Shown piece by piece: positions 8,085 to 16,707 of a DNA stretch of 57,856 bases. Source of the DNA: Dehalococcoidales bacterium (GTDB taxonomy: Bacteria; Chloroflexota; Dehalococcoidia; Dehalococcoidales; UBA1222). The notes under the pieces are model-generated. The model saw only the letters and a program-made list of their open reading frames with translations, was not told where the DNA came from and made no database searches. How positions within the stretch are numbered: the first letter of the stretch is position 1; each line of letters starts with the position of its first letter. Both the position numbers and the translations under genes were made by a program. The DNA is taken from the NCBI GenBank assembly GCA_016286345.1, contig JAEESL010000004.1:1-57856 (forward strand). Reading direction: 5' to 3'.

Positions 8085-8951
8085 TTATCTTCCTCTCAAT
8101 TTGTCATACCAAACCAAGAAGTGATGTTTGGTATCTTCCAGGGTCATATCAAATGTCCACCAGGACCAGAATGAAGCCCAGTGACCAAGAATTACGACGA
8201 TCATTACGTGAACACAGGTGTAGAAGATAATGAAAATACCGAAATAGTCATGGAGAATGGTAGCAATACCATCAATGATAGCCGGCATGCTAATGAGATG
8301 TGCACCAAACTTGACTGCACCGGATAAGAAACAAACAACACCGATTAAGAAGTAAGGTACAGCTGCAGCTTTCTGGCTGGCCATGTATTTGTCGGGTTCT
8401 TCCCAGTAATTTCTGTAAGTATATTTGCCGATGAAACCTTTGATAACTTCGTGCCATTTAGGAACGAGATACCAGATGTTCCAGTTTGCAATGTAGTCGC
8501 ATACGAATAACGCACCGCCAAAACAAATCAGACATACTGCAAAGTAATGGAAGTTAAGAGGTGCGACTGTTGCTCCTGCAGTTCGGGCAAACGGACCAAT
8601 CATACCGAAGCCGAGTGAAAGGCCGAGTATTGCACCGGATACTGCTGCAGCGAAGATGCCGAATGCAGTGTACCAGTGTTCAATAAATGAACCTATGCCA
8701 TGTCGAATCACTACGCCTTTCTCAATTCTTGACTGTTTCTTTAATCTGCCTCGCATGAAGCCCAGAATACATCCAAGAACGAATATGCCGATTAAGACAT
8801 ACTGTCCAATCTTGTTGTCCCAAAGAGAAACATCTTTGAGAACGGTGTAGGATGCAACAATGCCACCTGCCAGGGCAGCCAAAAGAACAATCGTCAGGAT
8901 AATAGCCTGTGGTTTAAAACGTGATGCATAACGTTTAAGTGTTTTGATCAT
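8085..8951 (-). CDS. membrane di-heme cytochrome b (FdnI/HyaC-like) with two extra N-terminal TMs
   Basis: RH...EHW, H92/H135/H234/H248 (last pair 14 apart as in FdnI), KYMASQK resembling FdnI KYNAGQK; AAGGAG RBS. Confidence 0.8.
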   Translation of the reverse strand: MIKTLKRYASRFKPQAIILTIVLLAALAGGIVASYTVLKDVSLWDNKIGQYVLIGIFVLGCILGFMRGRLKKQSRIEKGVVIRHGIGSFIEHWYTAFGIFAAAVSGAILGLSLGFGMIGPFARTAGATVAPLNFHYFAVCLICFGGALFVCDYIANWNIWYLVPKWHEVIKGFIGKYTYRNYWEEPDKYMASQKAAAVPYFLIGVVCFLSGAVKFGAHLISMPAIIDGIATILHDYFGIFIIFYTCVHVMIVVILGHWASFWSWWTFDMTLEDTKHHFLVWYDKLRGR

Positions 8952-9203
8952 AAACCATCAATCTCCTTCGATTATTTTTTTGCCTGTTGTAAACCAAAAT
9001 CAATCGTGCAGAAATATTTGCACAATTTTGAACAATGATATTATGAAAATCACCCCAATGTCAATATTTTTAACATAGTTTTAGGCACAAAAATGCTTTT
9101 ATTTTTTTGATAACATTTATGACATTTTTTTCAGTAAATTTCATTTTTTTATAGATTTTTTTTGGACGGTTTATTGAACAGATTATTGAAGTTATAATAA
9201 TAA

Positions 9204-9830
9204 TTGATGTTATTACCTAATGATGTAAAAATACCGGCTATTCTCATGGCTGCCGGAATGAGTACCAGAATGGGAAGAAACAAACTGCTTCTTCCTTTTA
9301 ATGGACATACAGTTATTGCTGAGACTTGCGATAGGCTTCTGGCATCTCATGTAAGTGAAGTCATTGTCGTTCTGGGCAATGATCACGATAAGGTACTGAA
9401 CCAGGTCGCAGATAAAGGTGTCCAAATGGTCCTTAATCCTAATTTTGCGCGGGGTATGATGACTTCGCTGCAGACCGGTATCAGTTATCTTCCTGAGAAT
9501 ACCAGGTTCTTTATGGTTGCTTTGGGAGATCAGCCTCTTGTTTCTGTTGGAACTTATAATGCACTCATTGGTGCTACTGCCTATACCAGCAGGAAGATAT
9601 TTGTCCCTGTGTATGGAAGACAGCGTGGTAATCCTATTATTCTGTCTGCTGATTATATCCAGGAAATAATGGGTATGGATGGCGATATCGGAGGCCGTGA
9701 GATCCTGAGACGGTATCCCGGAGATATACAGGAAGTTGCAACCACTAATGAAGGTGTAATCATTAATATGAATACACCTGAAGAATATGCCCGCCGAAAA
9801 GCCGAATTTGATAAAAAGATGGGTTTATGA
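9204..9830 (+). CDS. MobA/MocA-like nucleotidyltransferase (molybdenum cofactor cytidylyltransferase-like)
   Basis: MAAGMSTRMGRNKLLL, LGDQP, GNP, GDIGGR, NMNTPEEY motifs. Confidence 0.85.
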   Translation: MMLLPNDVKIPAILMAAGMSTRMGRNKLLLPFNGHTVIAETCDRLLASHVSEVIVVLGNDHDKVLNQVADKGVQMVLNPNFARGMMTSLQTGISYLPENTRFFMVALGDQPLVSVGTYNALIGATAYTSRKIFVPVYGRQRGNPIILSADYIQEIMGMDGDIGGREILRRYPGDIQEVATTNEGVIINMNTPEEYARRKAEFDKKMGL

Positions 9831-10858
9831 CGAATATTTCTGATTATAGTCCGGAACAGCTAACCGAATATTTCAAATCAAAGAAAATACCTTCATTCAG
9901 AACCAAACAGCTTTTGGAATGGGTCTACAGAAAACCCGTGTTCAAGTTTGATGAAATGACTGATCTTCCCAAGACTCTTCGTGACGATCTGGCTGCGGAT
10001 TTCAGTCTTTATTCGGTCAGGGAACTTATCAGAAAAGTCAGTATTGACGGAACCAATAAAGCATTATTTGAACTGGGTGACGGGGAATCGGTTGAGACTG
10101 CCTTGATCCCGTCAGGTGATGGTTTCAACTATACGATATGTGTTTCATGTCAGGTGGGCTGCCCTATGGGCTGTGCATTCTGCTCAACCGGACATCAGGG
10201 CTTTCAGCGTAATCTCAGTGTCAGCGAAATTGTTGACCAGGTAAGATACTTTAATGCGTTGCTTGGATCCAATGGAAGAATAAGCAACGTTGTGTTCATG
10301 GGAATGGGAGAACCTTTTTCAAACTATGACAATGTCATACGTGCGGCAAATATTATGAACGCTGACTGGGGAATCAATATCGCTGCAAGATCCATAACTA
10401 TATCTACTGTGGGTGTAATCAGCGGAATACGAAACTTCATGAGGGAAGGACATCAGTTCGGTTTGGCAGTATCGCTTCATGCCCCCAGTGATCAGATCAG
10501 AAACCGTTTGCTTCCTTATAATAAATCAACGGGTGTGGACAAACTGCTCAAAGCCTGCCGTGATTATGTGAGCATCACAAACAGAAGGATCACTTTTGAA
10601 TACTGTCTGTTCAAAGGAATTAATGATACCCGTGAAGTGGCGGATGAACTAATAGATAAGCTTAAAGGACTTAACTGTCACGTCAATCTTATAGCCCCGA
10701 ATGCTACATTTGATCATGGCCTTCAGCCATCTGAATCTGTGCTTGACTTTGAAAACTATCTGAAGGATAACCATATCAATGTGACGCTGCGCAAAAGCAT
10801 GGGCAGTGATATCGATGCTGCATGCGGTCAGCTCAAGAGCAACAGCTACAGAACGTAG
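9827..10858 (+). CDS. rlmN: 23S rRNA m2A2503 methyltransferase RlmN
   Basis: CPMGCAFC, MGMGEP, SLHAP, AACGQL motifs. Confidence 0.96.
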   Translation: MTNISDYSPEQLTEYFKSKKIPSFRTKQLLEWVYRKPVFKFDEMTDLPKTLRDDLAADFSLYSVRELIRKVSIDGTNKALFELGDGESVETALIPSGDGFNYTICVSCQVGCPMGCAFCSTGHQGFQRNLSVSEIVDQVRYFNALLGSNGRISNVVFMGMGEPFSNYDNVIRAANIMNADWGINIAARSITISTVGVISGIRNFMREGHQFGLAVSLHAPSDQIRNRLLPYNKSTGVDKLLKACRDYVSITNRRITFEYCLFKGINDTREVADELIDKLKGLNCHVNLIAPNATFDHGLQPSESVLDFENYLKDNHINVTLRKSMGSDIDAACGQLKSNSYRT

Positions 10859-11802
10859 GTTACAAACAGAAACGCAATGAATGTTGTGGCAGCCAGCGGC
10901 GGCAGTGCCGGCATAGGCTTTCCATGAAGGATCTTTTCCTGGATGAAATAGACCAGAACAAGTCCGACAACAGAAGATAATCCGATAATAACTGATGCAA
11001 TAAGCTGGTGTCTGAAATAACAGGCTGCACTGAGGATGAGAGGAAATGCGATATCTCCGCCTCCAAGTATCGAATAATCTTTATCTTCCGGTTTCTGTTC
11101 TGCAATGACTTTGATATTGGGAGTATTGAGATTATCTTTTAATTCATCCGGTGTTGCAGGAAGAACGAAAGCAGGCAGACTGTTCACGTTGGACATTTTA
11201 TCGACCATCCAGAGCATAAGTCCTTTTTTGACAGCGATCTAGTCATAAACTGCCATAAGAATGAGCAGGATCATTGCTGTCCACGGACTGATGAATCTGC
11301 CGAAAATACTTGCAATGCTTACCATTGATGTGATCATGAGAGTATCATGAAGCCAAATCTTGGGTCTGATGAACCAGCATACTGCAAGGACAACTGCCAA
11401 TCCTATGGCCACCCAGATATTTATCCATATTCCGAGAAGAACTATTACGCCCCATGCAAACAGTATCGTAAACAAACATTTGAACACTACAGACAGGGCT
11501 TTAAGCGGAATGACTGCAAATACTATCGCAATAATAGCTATTACCACAGCAAAATAGATAACTATCACACCTATCGAAGAAGTCGGATCCGGTGCAGGTT
11601 CGATTATTTCTCCGGTATCAGGATCTGTAACCGGAGTCGGCCAGATAACGATATCTGTGTCAGGCTGTGTCGGAACATAAATCTGGTGATCGTCCAGAAA
11701 CGGCTGCTGGTGCCAGACCGACACAATCGTAAGCGCCTGGGCAATGATCAGAATTATTATGCTCCAGTACAGGGGCTTGATAAACCATTTTTTCTTAGTC
11801 AT
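10846..11802 (-). pseudogene. presenilin/SPP-family (A22) aspartyl protease interrupted by one in-frame TAG (pseudogene, read-through or split gene)
   Basis: ORFs 11239..11802 and 10846..11217 share a frame: ...MAVYD-TAG-IAVKKGLMLWM...; YD, LGGGD and PALP motifs all present. Confidence 0.75.
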
Positions 11803-11894
11803 TTCAAAAATGATAATAGCTTTATTGATTTGAACTGTTCAACTCTGACTGTATTCTGCTATGATTAACCTATAGATGTGAAAGGGAAAATGCC

Positions 11895-12401
11895 ATGAAG
11901 TATTGTTTGAATTGTGGACAAGAGAACCATACTGACGGGTTATATTGTGAAAATTGCGGCGGTACAGCAGTTACTTCTACCGTTGATCAAGTTAACACTT
12001 TTGACGAAGCAGTTCCCGAAGATGAAAAGGAAGATGTCATTGTTTTTGACGATGACAAAGAAGCAACAGCTGTTTCCTACAGTCCTGTTCCTGAAACACC
12101 GGTTGCTGAAACCCAATACGCTGCTGCTCCTGCAGAACCTGTATCAGGAAAGGTATTTGTACCTGCTGAAGATAAGCATTCACCTTGGTTTGGATTATTG
12201 TCTTTCTTCTATCCGATAGTGGGTTTCGCACTTTATTTTTCATATAAAAAGAATTACCCGATCAAAGCAGGACGAATATGTCTCTGGGCCTGGGTCGGGC
12301 TTGCTGCCAGAGTTATTTTCAATCTGTTGACAGATGCTTTTTTAATTGCAATGATTCTTTTTGCGATTAACTGGGGGTATGAGTTTATTAATGTATTCTA
12401 A
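11895..12401 (+). CDS. zinc-ribbon membrane protein
   Basis: N-terminal CLNCG...CENCG, acidic Pro-rich linker, C-terminal TM segments. Confidence 0.8.
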   Translation: MKYCLNCGQENHTDGLYCENCGGTAVTSTVDQVNTFDEAVPEDEKEDVIVFDDDKEATAVSYSPVPETPVAETQYAAAPAEPVSGKVFVPAEDKHSPWFGLLSFFYPIVGFALYFSYKKNYPIKAGRICLWAWVGLAARVIFNLLTDAFLIAMILFAINWGYEFINVF

Positions 12402-12403
12402 AA

Positions 12404-13045
12404 TCAGCAGATACTGTTGATGTATTCTGTGACGGTTTCCAAACCTGCCATTTTCGTGTATGGCAGGTTATTTTTTATATAGACCTGTTCAAGATCATCG
12501 CATGCGAATACCTTGTCGCACATTCTGGATGCGTTGAAATCGCTTGTGCCGTCTCCAAGGTATATGATCTTATATCCCTGCTCTTTGAATCTCTGTGTAT
12601 AAGAATCTTTGAACCCGTTAAGAACTCTTTCACCGTCAGGGTTTTCATACCAGCTTTTCATTCCTGAAGGATCATAGAGCGCTTTTGCTGCCGCATATTC
12701 GATTTCACCTATTCCAAGTTTTTCGATAAATGCATCAATATACGTTACGATTCCGTTGCTTACTATGTGGAATCGTATTCCTTTTCTACGGCATGTCTCT
12801 ATCAGTTCTTTGCATCCCGGTTTAATGACCATTTGCTCATATGAATAATTTCTGAATTCCTGCTCAGATGCCGTTACATAGCCGAAGGCCTTGGAGTTGA
12901 ATTCATCAAGTCCGAGTTTTCCGTTGCAGTAATCATCGTACAGATATCTCCATTTTTTGTCGGTGAAGTAATCTAACGTGATTAGTGCCATATCTCCTTC
13001 GGTGAGAGTACCGTCAAAGTCGCTTTGTATCATCAGCTTACACAT
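12404..13045 (-). CDS. HAD-superfamily phosphatase (MtnX-like)
   Basis: DFDGTLT motif I, VSNG motif II, GDGTSD motif IV. Confidence 0.88.
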   Translation of the reverse strand: MCKLMIQSDFDGTLTEGDMALITLDYFTDKKWRYLYDDYCNGKLGLDEFNSKAFGYVTASEQEFRNYSYEQMVIKPGCKELIETCRRKGIRFHIVSNGIVTYIDAFIEKLGIGEIEYAAAKALYDPSGMKSWYENPDGERVLNGFKDSYTQRFKEQGYKIIYLGDGTSDFNASRMCDKVFACDDLEQVYIKNNLPYTKMAGLETVTEYINSIC

Positions 13046-13050
13046 ACCTG

Positions 13051-13677
13051 TTATTTTTTCCTTTCAGAAATAAAGCCTGCGATTGCATCCAGAATTCCGC
13101 TCCACGGAAATGTGATCATAACACATCCGACACAAATCATATGGATCATAAGTATGTATTTCATTGATGAAACTTCAATTGCCTCAGGAAATCCCGGTGA
13201 CAGGTGAATGACGTGCGAGATCATTTCTCTGTATATCTCCAGGGAATAGGGCTGACTGAACTGAAGTATTGTGCCAAGAGTTATTGTTACAAATGCAAGG
13301 ATAAAGAAAGCTGTCAGTCTTTTGCTTTTCTTTTGAGTGACTGACAGGTATAGAAACAATCCGATTAATACCATCAAAAATATGCCGAGTATGCATCCGA
13401 AGATATGACCTGCTGAATTCATTGTCTCGTAGGAGATGATTTTGAGTGTAAAAGGAATATCACCGAGCATACGGGAGTGTCCGAATATCAGAACTACGGT
13501 TCCGAGCATTGCGGCAATCAGCAGAATATAGCGGGTCGTTTTTTCCAGATCCAGCTTGTAGTCAAGTGCGAAGGAAGGGGATTTCTCTTCTTGACATAAT
13601 CTCACAACGTTGTAGATAAGCCCGAAAACAAAACCGATTATTCCTGCATACAAAAGAATGCTGATAAATCTAAACAA
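13051..13677 (-). CDS. membrane protein, probable degenerate NarI/DsrM-family cytochrome b
   Basis: About five TMs; IFGH (H67) and IH-x10-FPWS (H179) resemble NarI H66 and H187-x10-FPFS; TTG start. Confidence 0.55.
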   Translation of the reverse strand: MFRFISILLYAGIIGFVFGLIYNVVRLCQEEKSPSFALDYKLDLEKTTRYILLIAAMLGTVVLIFGHSRMLGDIPFTLKIISYETMNSAGHIFGCILGIFLMVLIGLFLYLSVTQKKSKRLTAFFILAFVTITLGTILQFSQPYSLEIYREMISHVIHLSPGFPEAIEVSSMKYILMIHMICVGCVMITFPWSGILDAIAGFISERKK

Positions 13678-13871
13678 TTATCTTACCTTTCTTACCTTTT
13701 ATTATATATTAACACTTGTTTACGACTGACAAATGGATTTTTTATCTGTTCAATGCTATATTTATAAACTTGTTGTGAAACGATTATCAAATTAAATATG
13801 GAACATAAAATTGCTAATCTTCTTTGGTTAGTATATAATATCAACTTGTTCTAAATAGAAGGAGTATTGTT

Positions 13872-14138
13872 TTGGCAAATATTAAAGCATCAATGAAAGA
13901 TATTCGCGTCTCTGCTGCACGAAGAGAACGCAACAAAGCTGCAAAAAGCAACTTACAGTCAACTGTCAGAAAGACCAGAACTGCAATCAATGAAAACAAT
14001 AGTGAAGCTGCAGTTGCTTCATTAAATGCATCGATTTCAAAGCTTGACAAAGCTGTTCAGTCAGGTCTTATTCACAAGAATGCTGCAGCCCGCAAGAAGT
14101 CACGTTTAACCAAGCAAGTAAACGCTCTTTCTAAGTAA
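13872..14138 (+). CDS. rpsT: 30S ribosomal protein S20
   Basis: MANIKAS...IHKNAAARKKSRL; TTG start after AAGGAG. Confidence 0.98.
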   Translation: MANIKASMKDIRVSAARRERNKAAKSNLQSTVRKTRTAINENNSEAAVASLNASISKLDKAVQSGLIHKNAAARKKSRLTKQVNALSK

Positions 14139-14163
14139 TTAAAAGAACAATCGTTTTGATCAT

Positions 14164-14195
14164 AAGAGGAACACATCGTGTTCCTCTTTTTTTTT
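14164..14195 (+). terminator. intrinsic terminator after rpsT
   Basis: AAGAGGAACAC-ATC-GTGTTCCTCTT followed by a T run. Confidence 0.9.
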
Positions 14196-14492
14196 ATCCG
14201 TTTGCTTAAATCTATGTGAAAATGGAGTTAGTAATGATATACTTTTTTTCAAAGTTGCAAGTATCAATTTGAACATTAAAATGATTGGCTTTTCAGTATT
14301 GATTAACACCCGGAATAATGTTGTTAATGAATTGCATTTGGTTATAGCAGTATCGGGTGGATGTATGAAAAAGCAACTCGGAGTTCCGTTTAATGTATCC
14401 GATAATGCATGAAACGGAAAATATGACAAGGAGTTGTTCGGTACAGGTTTATCATACGGAATTATGAGTACTTAAATTTCTGTATCGTAACA

Positions 14493-14936
14493 ATGGAAGT
14501 TATGAAAATGATATACAGATATGTTGTAGATGCAGTTCTTGAAAGTGTCACGGAAATAACAGATAAGGTTGACACGATACTTGATAGCAACGGATGCCCT
14601 TTGAAGGTTAAATCGCAGATCGATGTTGCGATAGATGAGTTGCTGGGCAATATTGTCATGTATGCCTACAGCGGCGAAAAGGGTAAAGCCATCATCACTG
14701 TGGATACTTCAGTCGACAATCAGATCAAGATTGTTTTTGCCGACGCAGGTATTCCGTTTGATCCGACCGCGAAGGAAGACCCCGATATCACACTTGAAGC
14801 TGATGAGCGACAGATCGGCGGTCTTGGTATTTTTATGGTCAAGAAAATGATGGATTCAGTAGTATACGAACGCAAAGATGACAAGAACGTTCTTACTATC
14901 GTTAAAAGTTGGGAGCCGCAGTCTGATGAAAAATGA
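14493..14936 (+). CDS. anti-sigma factor / serine kinase (RsbW/SpoIIAB-like)
   Basis: DELLGNIVMYAY N-box, DAGIPFDP G1, GGLGIFMVKK G2. Confidence 0.9.
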   Translation: MEVMKMIYRYVVDAVLESVTEITDKVDTILDSNGCPLKVKSQIDVAIDELLGNIVMYAYSGEKGKAIITVDTSVDNQIKIVFADAGIPFDPTAKEDPDITLEADERQIGGLGIFMVKKMMDSVVYERKDDKNVLTIVKSWEPQSDEK

Positions 14937-15507
14937 TTCTAAACTGTTTGAAAAGGCATTGAAATTTGCGATTAAAGCCCACAGCGGCATGGTTCGCAAG
15001 AACGGTAATTCTCCTTATGTCCTTCATCCCATGGAGGTTGCTGTGATCCTCTCCAGTATGACTGAAGACAATGAGATCCTTGCGGCAGGACTCCTTCATG
15101 ATGTCGTGGAGGACACTGAGCATACACTGGATGAAATAAGAGAATTGTTCGGTGAAAGAGTTGCTCGGCTCGTGAGTTCAGAAAACGAAAACAAGCGCCA
15201 TGGTCAGTCATCTAAAAAAACATGGAAGATCAGAAAACAGGAATCTCTGGAAGAACTGAAAAACAGCGGTGATACAGCCGTTAAGATGATATGGCTGGCA
15301 GACAAGCTTTCCAATATGCGTTCATTTTACAGGCTGTATCTGGCTGAAGGTGCAGCAATGTGGAATCACTTTAATCAGAATAATCCTGTGGAGCAGGAAT
15401 GGTATTACAGAACAATAGCAGATAATATCTCAGAATTATCCGATACCAACGCCTACAAGGAATACTTGTGGATGGTTGATCAGGTTTTTGCTGATAATAA
15501 TAAATAG
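14926..15507 (+). CDS. small HD-domain hydrolase (Mesh1/small alarmone hydrolase-like)
   Basis: AH..RK..PYVLHP, LLHDVVEDT, ADKLSNMR motifs; ATG 14926 overlaps the upstream gene. Confidence 0.85.
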   Translation: MKNDSKLFEKALKFAIKAHSGMVRKNGNSPYVLHPMEVAVILSSMTEDNEILAAGLLHDVVEDTEHTLDEIRELFGERVARLVSSENENKRHGQSSKKTWKIRKQESLEELKNSGDTAVKMIWLADKLSNMRSFYRLYLAEGAAMWNHFNQNNPVEQEWYYRTIADNISELSDTNAYKEYLWMVDQVFADNNK

Positions 15508-15516
15508 TGAGAGAGA

Positions 15517-16704
15517 TTGTTTATGGATAATGTAAATGAAGTTTATCAGGATGGAGCACTGACAATCGCATTAAGCGGACACGTGGACACTAATAATGCT
15601 CCTCAGGTTGAGCAGGCTGTCAATGGCATGCTGGAAGCTCATCCTAAGGACAGCGTAATTATCGATATGGAAAAGCTGGAATATATCTCCAGCGCCGGAT
15701 TACGAATAATCCTCAGAGTTAGGAAAGCACATCCTGAACTGAGAATAATCAATGTCTCATCTGAGATCTATGACATTCTTGAAATGACCGGTTTCACTGA
15801 AATGATCACGGTTGAGAAAGCATACAAGCGTGTGAGTGTAGAAGGGTGTGAAACGATCGGGGAAGGCTCAAACGGTAAAGTGTACCGACTTGATGCCGAA
15901 ACAATCATCAAAGTTTATAAAAATCCCGATTCTCTCCCCGATATCAAGCGTGAAAGAGAGCTTGCAAGAAAAGCTTTTGTTCTGGGTATTCCAACTGCAA
16001 TACCTTACGGCGTCGTCAAAGTAGGCGACAGTTACGGGTCTGTTTTTGAGCTTCTCAGCGCACAGTCTTTCTCAAAGCTTATCGTCAAGGAACCTGAAAA
16101 TGCAGACAAATATATCGGCATATATGTCGATCTTCTCAAGAAAATCCATGGTACGGAATTGAAAAAGGGTGAGATGCCTGATATGAAGGAAGTTACCGTC
16201 GGACGAACAGAGTTTCTGAAGGATTATCTTCCTTCAGAAACATATGAAAAACTGCACAGTCTGATTTCTGATGTTCCTGATAATAATCATATGCTTCATG
16301 GGGATTATCATACTAACAATGTAATGCTCCAGAACGGAGAGGTCCTGCTTATCGATATGGATACTCTCTGCCTGGGAGATCCTATATTTGAATTTGCCTC
16401 AATCTATCTGGGATACCTAGGATTCAGCGAGATCGATCACAATGTGACCATGTCTTTCCTTGGCCTCCCGTATGAGACATGCAGATATATCTGGGATGAA
16501 ACACTGAGGCTTTATTTCGGCACTGAAGACAAGGATCTTCTTGCTTCTATCGAGAAAAAAGCCATTATCGTTGGTCAGCTCAGATTACTTAGAAGAACTA
16601 TCAAGCGTTTGGGAAATACAGAAGAAGGTAAAAGACAGATCGAATTATCCCGCAAACACCTGATTGAACTGGTTCCTCAGGTCGATTCCCTGTCTCTGGC
16701 ATAA
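15517..16704 (+). CDS. STAS domain fused to an APH/kinase-like phosphotransferase
   Basis: YISSAGLR STAS motif; IGEGSNGKVY Gly-loop, IIK, HGDYHTNN and IDMD kinase motifs. Confidence 0.85.
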   Translation: MFMDNVNEVYQDGALTIALSGHVDTNNAPQVEQAVNGMLEAHPKDSVIIDMEKLEYISSAGLRIILRVRKAHPELRIINVSSEIYDILEMTGFTEMITVEKAYKRVSVEGCETIGEGSNGKVYRLDAETIIKVYKNPDSLPDIKRERELARKAFVLGIPTAIPYGVVKVGDSYGSVFELLSAQSFSKLIVKEPENADKYIGIYVDLLKKIHGTELKKGEMPDMKEVTVGRTEFLKDYLPSETYEKLHSLISDVPDNNHMLHGDYHTNNVMLQNGEVLLIDMDTLCLGDPIFEFASIYLGYLGFSEIDHNVTMSFLGLPYETCRYIWDETLRLYFGTEDKDLLASIEKKAIIVGQLRLLRRTIKRLGNTEEGKRQIELSRKHLIELVPQVDSLSLA

Positions 16705-16707
16705 CAG

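Noticed and set aside
13773-13790. Rex-like box TTGTGAAACGATTATCAA between the NarI-like gene and rpsT
   Set aside because: Two mismatches to consensus in AT-rich DNA, single instance, no rex gene in the window; cannot be supported without a genome-wide scan
14200-14490. ncRNA or small gene between rpsT and the partner-switching cluster
   Set aside because: Only a 43-codon plus-strand frame and an 89-aa antisense ORF without motifs; no recognisable RNA structure
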